A DNA stretch of 64,000 nucleotides. It comes from Asterias rubens (taxonomy: Eukaryota). Position 1 is the first letter of the stretch. Each line of letters opens with the position of its first letter. The DNA lies in the NCBI RefSeq assembly GCF_902459465.1, contig NC_047064.1, positions 15,376,001 through 15,440,000 on the forward strand, in the 5' to 3' direction. Position numbers and translations under genes: made by a program. Below the pieces are notes generated by a model. The model searched no databases, was not told where the DNA came from, and saw only the letters and a program-made list of their open reading frames with translations. Below are positions 24,701 through 36,700 of this stretch, piece after piece.

Positions 24701-27700
24701 CAGCTCTCCATTGCTCGTTAACAAGTAAGTTTTTATGCTAACAATTGTTTTGAGTAATTACTCACTTGGTGTAAATCAACATATTCAACAACAACAAAAC
24801 CTGTGAAAATTTGAGCTTAGTTGGTCGTCGAAGTTTGGAGATACTGATGAAAGAAAAATACACCCTTGTCACACGAAGTTGTGTGCTTTCAGGTGCTTGA
24901 TTTCGATACCTCAAATTCTAAATCTGAGGTCGCGAAATCAAATTCATGGAAAATTACCTCTTTCTCAAAAACTACGTTACTTCAGAAGGAGCCGTTTCTC
25001 ACAATGTTTTTTACTATCAACAGCTCTCAATTGCTTGTTACCAAGTAAGTTTTTATGTAAAAAAATAGTTTGAGTACTTTCCAATGGGAGTTTTTCTGGG
25101 ACGATAGAGGGCAGCAGACTTACCGGGTAAATCCATTGTTCTCAGAATTATGCGCATGTTCAGAACTACGTAAACAATGGAAATTTACCCGGTATGTCTG
25201 CTGCCGCCTAGCGTTGGAAAGTCTCCTATTGTGTCCACTGCCTTTAATTTAATGACAACACAACACGCATGAACAGGTATATTAGTCAAGTGGAATGAAA
25301 TGAAAAAAATGAAATGAGAGAAAGAGGGGGTGCAGAAAGCGCACAGAAAAAGCAATATAAATATTGTCAATTCTTAATTATTTACCTTGATGCGAGTTGG
25401 CTGAAGAAATTCACACCATCGTCTGCATCACCTTGTCCATCTTTTTTCTTATTTTTGGAGAGGAACTTTTTGAAGCCTCCACGTCGTCGAAGAATGTGGT
25501 TGTACAACCAGACTGCTCGCACTCGCTCCCTCTCCGGGTAATGTTTGGACATGATGTATCGACGCAGGCGTAGTCCATACGCCTCAAATATCACCATAAA
25601 CAGACACACAATAAATATGGCAGCTGCAAGATAAAAATGACAACAGTGTCTTTATCTAACATGCACTAATTTGTATATAACAGTTCAATTGGAAACTTTT
25701 GAAACGCTGGCAGCATCAAACATAATGGTCCTTTTTAACGGCTCTGAGCTTGCAAGCACATGCTCAGTATTGGGCGCGTAGGTGCGAGAACACACACAAG
25801 TGAAAACTTTGAAAAAACACCATCCAAAGTTACTTCAGAGGGAGTTGTTTCCCACAATGTTTGATACTATCAACAGCTCTCCAATGCTTGTTACCAAGTC
25901 AGTTTTTAAGTTAATATTTGTTTTGAGTAATTACCACACGTGTACCTTCCCTTTAAGGTTTAAACTTTTAAATAATTTGGGATTTATAAAAGATTAGTTA
26001 AATAGATCAGGATTTGAGCCTGCGACCTATGGATTAACGTGATGGCACTCTACCAACTGAGCAACCTAGCCCTATTGTTGGCAGTTTCCCTATTGTGTCA
26101 ATATCTTTTCCTTAGTGTTATCCCTCTGCTGCTGCTGCTTCCTAGATAGACTTGTATGTGTTCTCTGGTCATATGTCAGTTTAAGGTTAACAAAATGCAG
26201 AGATCGCCAATTATTTATTCGGCCAAGATACCAGACAATAGCGTTCACATAATACAGTATTAAATACTATAAGTAAACAGAATCAGGAAAACTAGCAAAT
26301 ACAGTATGTATAAAACAAAATCGCTAAAATAAAATTAATAATTGACATGGGGAGGAAAACAAAACAGAGACAACAACAATAGGGACAACAACAACACATT
26401 AGGGGCAACATAAACAACAACAACAACCCAAAGAAACAACAAAGCAAACAAAAACAAACAACAACAACAACAACGACAAAAACAACAACAACACAAAAAA
26501 AAAAAAGAAGAACAACACAACAATAAAAGAACATCTCCAGACATATTAATAGAAAACAAGAAATATGACAAAACAACAGAATCAGACAAAAACAGGGACC
26601 AAAAAACAACATAACCAATTTGAGCCGGCCAGGATAGACCCGTAGGCCTGTCTATCCAAGCTGAAGTTGGTAGAGCACCGGCACACTAGTCCGGAGGGTG
26701 TAGGTTGAAGTCCCACTCTAGTAAAATTTTCTCTGAAATAGCATCAAATTCAGAGAGGAGAAATGTTCCTAAAAATAAGAGTTCTTTGGCGCCATGCAGC
26801 TTTCTCCCACACAAACTAAAATGTGTTTAAAAACAAACTCTATGAAATTTGAAACCCTCTGGGCCCAATTTCATCTGCTTTAAAAGCACCAAAAGTAGCT
26901 AAGCACAGTAACATAATGCTTACCAGATTATGGTTGCCAGCCAATACCTTGTGACATGAACAGTTTGTGATTGGTTTCCTGCTCATTTCTGCATGCAGGA
27001 AATTGTTAAATCAAATTTGTTTGCTTAAGCAGCTCTATGAAATTGGATCCCCTGGTTGTAATGAACCTACTTATCATGTAAACCAGCTCTGTGTCAGGTA
27101 GCGTAGCTTGTGGCAGGCACTTGGTGGTGTCAAATTCAATATCATGGATGTATTGTGGATCTAAAGATTCAACTAGAGCTCGGTATATATCTGCCAATAT
27201 GCCTTGTCCTTCAACGTGGATGGTCACAGCACCAGGAGCTGACAATGGTATAAAAAAAAGATAACATGCATGAGGTGCATTTTTCAATGATAGCAATGTA
27301 AAGTCATACTAAATTAAGTCTGTTAAACATTATATGTGACCCACTCTGCGAAAATGAGTCACATGTCGCCCAATGCAATATTAAGTTATGGACAGTTTAA
27401 TGTGGAAAATGTATATAAAAAAAAAAACCTTTTTTTTTTTTTTTTTTTTTAGATATTTAATTGCATGGTTAACCTTTAGAACACTCACTTTTAGGCAATA
27501 AAGCTATGAATACAACAATTTTGTGATCATACTTATGTCTAATTTGTATCTTTTTGCACACAATGGGAGTTTAAAATATCATTGTAATTCGTTTTTCACA
27601 AAAAATTGTGTAGTGGCTAATTTCAAACGGGAGTAACTCAGCAACGCGATACACCCCAAAGCTTAGACACATACCAAATTACTGCTGCTGATGTGTTCTT

Positions 27701-30700
27701 TCCAGCCATGCATATAACTCAATTCCTGAAATTGCCTATATCTGACTCATTTTCACAGAGCGGGTCACATATTGCATGCACTCTCCCTGTTACAATCTGT
27801 TACAAAGAGGGTCGATCCATTGCCCTGGTAACAAAGAGGGTCAAACAGTACTGGAATGGGAGACTTTCTGGGACGATAGAGGGCAGCAGACTTACCGGGT
27901 AAATCCATTGTTCTCAGAATTATGCGCATGTTCAGAACTACGTAAGCAATGGAAATTTACCCGGTATGTCTGCTGCCACCTAGCGTTGGAAAGTCTCCTA
28001 TTGCATGCTCCAAATTTCCTGTTTTCCAGGGGTTAACTCTTGTAAGCCTCAATTCCGGACCATTGGGTTTTTTTTGGACGAATGAGGGTTATGATAGATT
28101 GTTGGGCTGCTACCATTTTATTTGGCATGACTGGGAGGGGGCAGGGACTGGGAGGTGGGGTAGTTGATTTTGTTCAACAACAATTAGGTCTTCGAAGCTT
28201 TGGTCTAAGTAAGGTCCAGACAATTCCCCTTATTATAACAGAAACTCTCACTCACAATTGGCAAAGACATTGATTTCACTGTGAAGACGCACCATGTCCA
28301 GAAACCAGTAAGCAGCGTAGTCCGAAACGATGACCATTGTGGCATAGCATACTTCAGTAATCCACAATGTTATACTCAAAAGGAACCTCCGCTTTTCCGG
28401 TTTGGCCAGCCTGATGGAATCTTTTTATATTTAAGGCAAGAATGGATACAAAGATGGTTGATGGGGGACCATTGGAGACTTTTAAGGGCTAGGTGACAGC
28501 ATACTTACCATAAAACTGGTACCAAGCCAGGTCTGAGCATGCGCACATGACCACATGACCGAGAACGATGGGTTTACAAAACCAAGAGATGTACAAAACC
28601 AAGGGGAGTGTGGAAGCGCTGCCCAGTAGGTATAATATTCATTATACTCTGTGACATCACATTGCAAGACACTGTGAAGTGCACGCATCTAGATGCAGCG
28701 CTCGCGTGGGGTGGGCAAACTCATCTGAAGTCAAGGGGATGTGGGTAATACAAGTCGTTGGTGTACTTTCCAAATATTTGAGGTTCAAATTTTGCAAACA
28801 ATACCGACCCAAATGTATGTTACAACGTACTACCTTGACTTCAAATGAACGACTGGTGGTTTTTTGTAATTAATTGGTAACTCCAAAATGTGTTTAAATC
28901 CTTAAATATAGTACTTAACCCCACAAATAACAAATGAACAGGTCTTCTTTTTGAAAGCGATTGATTGGACAACATGTATCACGCAGCAATGTTTACATAT
29001 TCATAAGTGAATACATTTACATATCAGGCAACTGCGGCATCATCAAGTCCCTGTCTCCTCGTGCGGAACAGGTTGGGGAATGCAGCACACCACAAAACAA
29101 TAGTTTTCTGAGATTGCACGGGATTGGGACTTGAGTCAAATCTAGGCGAGCCCCTTCTTTTTTTAATAAGTGCACTGGGTTCTTTGATGTGCATTACACA
29201 ACACATGGGACCAATAGCTTTATGTCCCATCCGAAGGACGAAGCAATGGTTAAGTGCCTTGCTTAAAGGACACAAGTGTCACGGCTGCGAGTCCAACCCA
29301 TACTCTGCTGACCAGAGATTCGGTGCTCAAATTAATCAAAATCATAATGATTTACATGGTCCTGTACTTCTTTTTGAGTTGAAGTCTTGCGACAATCCTG
29401 TTTCCTCTATGTAGAGAAAAGTGTCCTTCATTTAGTTTCATTTACTGAAATGTTCTTACCAGGTTTGATGAACGTCCACCTTTCTTTTAGGTTCAACGGT
29501 AGGAGACCACTCTTTCCCATATTTACTCGGATCTCATCAACTTCTTCAAAGTGCTCTGTGATGTACCAGTTGTCATGTTTATCTTTTGTGAGGTACCTGT
29601 GATGGTACCTGTAGGCCCTGCATGTATATACATGTAAGGTAAAGACGGTTTTGAAGGGAATGTATGCGTTTGGTGAGCACTCTTAAAATGTTTTGGTTAG
29701 AAGCCTACAGCATTATTCAATATTCATAATTACCTCAGACAGTTTCCCTATTCCTATTGGACAGTTTTGCTATTCCTATTGGTAAAGAGCGCTTCACCAA
29801 TAGCGTGTGTCGTGGCTTGTGTGTGTCGATGTCAATAGAGCAGTGTCGTGGCTGTGTGATAAAAGCCCTCGCCTTCAGCTCTGGCCATCATCGCACGGGA
29901 ATGACCCTGTCGGTTTTAAACCGCAGTTTAAGAACTCGACGCTACCCTTTTATTCCCTTAGTATAAAGTATTTTTTAGAAACACTTCACTTCGAAGTAAT
30001 GTGGTTATGTAAAAAGACATCAGTTGTTATGCCCCCAAATTTGTATGTGAGAAGCATTACTAACTTTCATTAATGTTTCTCAGGTTATGTGTTCCTATAG
30101 ACTTTGGAAGTCCCACGGAAATCTTGCTCGTATCTGAAACTTCCGGGACCATTATGGTCCCAACCTTATGGAGTTTTTTACATGGGGGACGATCTTGTTT
30201 TGTCAATTACTTTAGTTCAATGTAGTTTGTAACCATGAAAATTACATGTTGTTGGATATGTAATACAAATTAACAAAACATAAGAAAGTACAATCAAACC
30301 AACAAAATAAAAAATAAAAACTGAAAATAAAACTTGACCTCAGCTTCCGGTTTACTAGCAAAATTTAAGAATTTCATTGGGGGATGATGCGTCAGCCCCC
30401 TCTTTAAACTGTTCCAGAGCTTTACTTTTATTTACATAGTATTTAACAAATTATTTGTGTATTTCTTATAGATAAAGCGAATTTATACAAGTTGTAAAGA
30501 GTACTTTGTCATTCCGATTTTGTCGTCAAATACCATTCAAGCAAAGATTTGATTTCAGAAAGAATAAAGTTTTTTGTTTGCTTTCTCGTTCGGATATGCG
30601 TAAGGCAAGGCTTGCAGTCTATTAGAGATTATTCTTCCTGTGCGGAAACTTTTCGCTTCTCTCAAAAACGTGACCACCTTTACACATGAAATTTTCATAG

Positions 30701-33700
30701 TTTTATTGTAAACATGATTAAAACAATCGCTGGCTCCAAAAACCAACTACAGTAGGTATACTTTCCACTGTGTGTTTTAGTAAGCCATTTGCGAGTTAAA
30801 TTTGAATAATGTCTGGTACAATGACTTGCTTTAATACATGCGCCCTTTACACTTTTAATTCCTCAGACTATTGAGACAGTTGCTACGCCACATGATTAGG
30901 GGAATGCTTTTGTTTAGCATCTTCCAGGATGAGCAAACCCTGCTACCATTGTGTCATACACATCCATTCAGAACTGTGTATGGGTGTTCACCGTCTCTTA
31001 CGTAACTACGCAAAAGCTTGGCCCTAATTATGTGGCGTATAGCAACTGTCTCGATAGTCTGAGGAATCCAAATATAAGCGGTGCATTGTAACTAAGTGAG
31101 TCATTGTACCAGACATTATTCAAATCTTACTCGCAAATGGCTTATTAGTTGGTGCCGAGTTAATTTTTCATAAGGGCTACTCATCGTTATTGTGTCCAAC
31201 ATTTGCACTGTCCATTATTATTCTTACCTGGAGTGCGACTGCAATGATGACTGCTTTAAACTTTCAGTCATCTCTGGTACAAGCGTTATGGTATTTTTTA
31301 AGCAGCAATGACTTCAGGTTTTTTTCTCCCATTGGTTGTTATTTTTAGTGCTCTGTCACAAGATTTGCCATAATTTTCTTATTTTTATCTAAACTTACCT
31401 GAATAGGAGCAAAAGGAACGTAAAGGAGAGTACACGGTTGAGCCAGTTAAGAACCAAAGTGAATGTCCTCAATCGGTCCTCCACCTCCCCACGCATGTTG
31501 TCTCGGATCTGCTTGAGGGTTGTGGAGAATTCGGCGTCAAATGTCAAGTCGTGGCTGACAGAGAGTTTTACATACAGCTTCTGTTGGACTTTATTAAAAG
31601 CTGCTACAACAGCTGTAAGTCAAAAATTTAGGGAAGAATTTGGTGACAGAAATCATAGCGTTACATAAAAGAACTAGAGGGAGCACTCTAATTACGCACC
31701 CATGATGGCCCACTGGCCCACCATGGATTCAAGTTCCAATGGGTATTTTTTTACAAATTTACCCAACAAAATGTTTGCTGTGTGAGCTGGTGCATGACCT
31801 GTGATTTACGATCAAAGAGTTATATATAAGAACTAGAGGGCGGACTGGCCTTGTAATGTCGCCTGCGTGTGGCCATTTTGTAATTGAAAAAACATACAGC
31901 TGTGTAGTTTCATATTCAACGAACACATGTACAATGTTTATCTTACAAAATGGCGCGCGTGTCTCCTTGTGATCCCGTCGCATTTGTGCTTGCGGTATCA
32001 CAAGTGCGCCCTCTAGTTCTTTTACATAACTCTAATGGGTGCGTTCGTTTAGCTTCCCTGGGTTGACCCCGGTCTGCCCCCGGGTGCGTTCGAAAAGCTT
32101 TGACGTCATTTCAGGTGCTCGCCCGGGTAGCCCTCAGTGGAGTGGGTCACTTGGGGCTGGCCCAAGGTTTATGACGTTACTATGAGAGCATTGAGTGTCG
32201 TTCGTTTAGCTCTTGTCAGGGGCTTACCCGAGTGAGCACTGTGCAGTGGACACAGGGAAGCTAATCGCACCCTATGTGTATGGTGGATCAGCACCATTTT
32301 CTCAATGGCAAAAAATACTTTCTGTCGGGCATTGTTACGTGGTTTTGTATACCCTCTACTTCTTTTATCCAACTGACTCTATGAACAAAATTCACTCTGC
32401 AAGCATTATTGTGAGAGGAAGATATAAACCTCAAGAGACCTTTATGGAGATACCATGTGATGGGAAGGGTTGGGGTAACAAGTCAAAGTGCCCAATTCAC
32501 CCTGCCATTTTCACTGGAAATTTTGGTGCACTGTTTTGGGAATTGGATTGTTCTGGTATTAAGGCCCTGATAACGAGAACGAAAACGAGAACGATAAAAA
32601 TGCATGCCCTTGATTGGTTAAAATGTTCCACGCAGAATACGCCCGCACTCATTCAACCAATTGAGGGTGTGCATTTTTATCGTTATCATTTTCGTTCTCG
32701 TTTCTTCGTTATCGGAGTCTGTATGACCGGGCCTTTACTGTGTATTGCACAGTTTTAGGTGACCCTCACTCAATTAAGCCCAGTTCAAACTTCTCCTGCG
32801 AATGCGAAAGTGATACTAATATTGATGTCAACTCCTTGGAAACAATCACGGCGTAACATGTTAAGCAAAAGTTGGCTTTGCATTCACATTCGCAGACGGT
32901 ATGAAGTTGAACCAGGCTTCAGACAGTTAGCATCTGTAGATAAAAATGAAGGGCAACCCACTCAATGCCTCGAAGCCCAACAACAATCCTCCAATACCCT
33001 CTTCTCCTATGTCACATATTAAAGGCAGTGGACACTATTGGTAATTACTCAAAATAATTATTAGCATTAAACCTTTCCTGGTGACAAGTAATGGGGAGAG
33101 GTTGATGGTATACAACATTGTGAGAAACGGCTCCCTCTAAAGTGCCATAGTTTTCAAGAAAGAAGTAATTTTCCACGAATTTGATTTCGAGACCTCAGAT
33201 TTTTAGAACTTGAGGTTTCGAAATCAACCATCTAAATGCACACAACTTCGTGTGACAAGGGTGTTTTGTTCTTTCATTATTATCTCGCAAGTTCGATGAT
33301 CGATTGAGCTCAAATTTTCACACGTATGTTATTTTATGCTTATGTTGAGATACACCAACTGTGACGGCTAGTCTTTGACAATTACCAATAGTGTCCACTG
33401 CCTTTAAATTGTTCGGACTTAAAACAGGATTGAAATGAGTCTAAGTATTTGAAATTTGCATGGTGAGAGTATAAGGTGAGACTTGCAGAAGCACCTTGTG
33501 AAAATCTCTCTTAAATATCATTGGATCTCATTTCAATGTTGGTTCCGATTGCCGGTCTTTACAGTCAACATTGAGCGGGAGGAGGGGAGACAATGTTTAT
33601 TGTCAGTGGGAAGTGGACTGGTGTGAATGGTGTTATATAACGTTTGGAATGGGTGGCCCAAGCAATTTGGCCCAGATTGTAGCTGAGAAGAACCGGTGGT

Positions 33701-36700
33701 TGATAACTCAACTTGAACACTGTGGTAACCTGAAGATGATCAGATCAGAGCATGCTGATTGAAACATTGATTTTTCAACCATCCTAACCCTGTTTCGACA
33801 ACCTGATGGTTTATAGGTTATTTTTTATTTATAATATCAAATGAATTCGTCTTCTATCTTCGTTTTTTTCACTATTTTCTCGTGAACCAGATGGCCGATT
33901 GATCTCAAACTTTTCAGGTTTGTGTGTTTATGTGTATATGGTGAATTACATAAAGTGCTCACACTATCAGCAACTGTTATTTTGGCAAAACCAATTCTGT
34001 AATGCTCCTTTAATTAATTAGTTTGAACCCAAAACGACACATCATTAGTTGACAACATCGTTAATAAGCAAAGTGAATTTTGACATCACAACATTTTTGT
34101 TGGGAAGTTGACATCAAATTTTGCTTTGTTATTAGCATGTAGTGTGAAAAAGGCTTTTGTCTTTCAACAACAGTCAGGTAATACAACTTAAAGGAACACA
34201 TTGCCTTGAATCGGTCAAGTTGGTCTTTGAAAAGCATTTGAAGCCATTTGTTATGCAAATGGTTAGATAGATAATTTAAAAGTAGAACATAATGATCCAC
34301 ACAAACATGCCTCGATATTGCATGGTTATCCTTTTACGTCTCGAAGAAACAAGGTTGGCCATTTTGTTGAGTCAAAATTTTGACTCCATAAAACGGCTGA
34401 CCGTGTTAGTTCGCGACGAAAGATAACCGTACAATTTCGAATGATACTTGTGTGGATCAATATATTCTACTTTTAAAACATCTTTCCAATCATATTATGC
34501 TTTTCATAACAAACAGTTTCAAACGCTTTTCCAAGACCAACTCGTCCGATCCAAGGCAACGTGCTCCTTTAATTACTCTCTTTCTTACCATCACCACATT
34601 TTTTTATCGCTGTCCCCATCATTCTTGGAAGTTCGCATAGAAGGTCAAGCACTGCAGACGCAAAAAAAAAGGATAATTTGATGACTACTCTGTTAACACA
34701 AAATTGTATCTGAAGAACCACTTTGATTATCAAGGTAAGAAATAAACACATTTATCAGAGTATAACTTTTGTGATTTCTGGGCATAACTTACCTTCAGCA
34801 ACTGAACAAACGTTCTTAGCTATATCTACAATTTTGCACAAAAATTGAAAAATGCCGAGTTTCCTGCGACATTTAGCTGCTACTACTGTAAGCAAATCTC
34901 TACACTTTTCGGCAGGACGCATCATAAAGTAGTTGCATCTGGTGACAATCCCTGCAATCCAGTCGTATACTAACTGAATGGCATTGCCTAGAAGGAAAAA
35001 AAAGACAAGGTAAGGGAAACAAAAAAGTGTCGTCACATATTGGCAGTTTGTGATACCTGGGTACAGTACTCATTCTGTTAAAGGCAGTGGACACTATTGG
35101 TAATTGTCAAGGACTAGCCTTCATAGTGTGTGTATCTCAACATATGCATAAAATAACAAACCTGTGAAAATTTGAGCTCAATCGGTCATCGAACTTGCGA
35201 GATAATAATGAAAGGAAAAACCACCCTTGTCACACGAAGTTGTGTGCATTTATATATGGTTGATTTTGTGACCTCAAGTTCTAAATCTGAGCTCTCGAAA
35301 TCAAATGCGTTGAAAAATACTTCTTTCTCGAAAACTATGGCACTTCAGATGTACCCGTTTCTCACAATGTGTTATACCATCAACCTCTCCCCATTACTCG
35401 TCTTCAAGAAAGGTTTTATGCTGATAACTATTTTGAGTAATTGCCAATAGTGTCCACTGCCTTTAACAATCGATGCATTCCTTTCACCCGTACAGCAGAC
35501 CTACACCCTGAGCTGTGGACTGGTCTTGACAATGTTATAAAAGGTTGTATTTGTATGGCTTCTGTAAATGCCCCCATATTGGTTTGCTCCAGATCCATTA
35601 CATTGCTATTTTTTCCCATTTCATTTTCATCAATTATTTTCTTGATCTTTCCTTGACTGTCTTTGACTTGATGGAATTGTACTCAATTTGTTCATTGTTC
35701 TACTTTTTGACCAATATGGAAATAAATGTTGATTAAGTTGAATTGAATCTGCCTTTATAATGGACCATGTGTCCTTTGTTTACATCTTAACCGCCCTTTC
35801 ACACAAAGTGCCTTCTAATATGAATTGTCTTGGTTAAGTCATTTGACAAACGAAAATAGCTCGCTTATTTTACACATGTTACTGCCCAAAATGTCATGTC
35901 ATATACATTGCTTGTGACTGGTATTTAGCTGCTGTTTACTTAGCACAACAATTGAGGGAAGTCTTGGCCAGCAAACTAACTTTATCAAGCAAGAATTTGT
36001 TTAGCGTAATTTTGTGCTTAAGCAGCTCTATGAAATTGGGCCCTGGTAGCCAGCCAATACAGGTAGACGATTACAGCCTTGGAACCAAGTCTAGATCTAT
36101 AGGCACAGTGGTAAGAAGAAAACAAATTGTCCTTAGCTGTTTTAAATTTTTGCAATGGAGAAGAACACACCATAAACTGACCAGTTGTTATTATTTGTTC
36201 CCTTAATGCCAACTCAACTGGGGCTATAATTTAGAGAAAAGTAAAAGGTAAACCTTGACCGAAAAAATCCCCTTAGTTGATTTGAACTAACCTGTGGCCC
36301 TCGTTGCTCGTGTCATGACATTAAATCCAGATTTAACCCTGCTTAAGAGAGAGTTGAGTTTACCAAACAGTGATTTGAAACCGTCCATGAATGCTGTAAA
36401 GATCAAGTCATAGTTAGTTGTGCCCTAAAATTACAAATGATACAAATAGCTTGCTGTGTGACCAGCAGAAAGCTTGCAGTATACAAGCCCGTGTTTTCTG
36501 GTCTTGCAATACATATTCACAGATGAGGTCTACCTTGGGTTGGGTGGGTTTCAAACATCTGACCTCCTTTTCTGCGTTTGTTAAAGCTTGTGTGTATTTA
36601 CCACAAGAAAACCAAACTCTTCTAGGACCATTTAAATGAGCTGCTGTAAATCACAAAAAAAGTAGCGCAGCACATAAAAACTATGCTTACCAGAACAAAT

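Noticed and set aside
26292-26618. Hydrophobic Cys/Val-rich 108-aa ORF
   Set aside because: It is a translation of the (GTT)n/(AAC)n low-complexity tract.
24490-26730. Additional tRNA genes
   Set aside because: They have A/B-box similarity but no coherent acceptor or anticodon stems, so I treated them as SINE heads.
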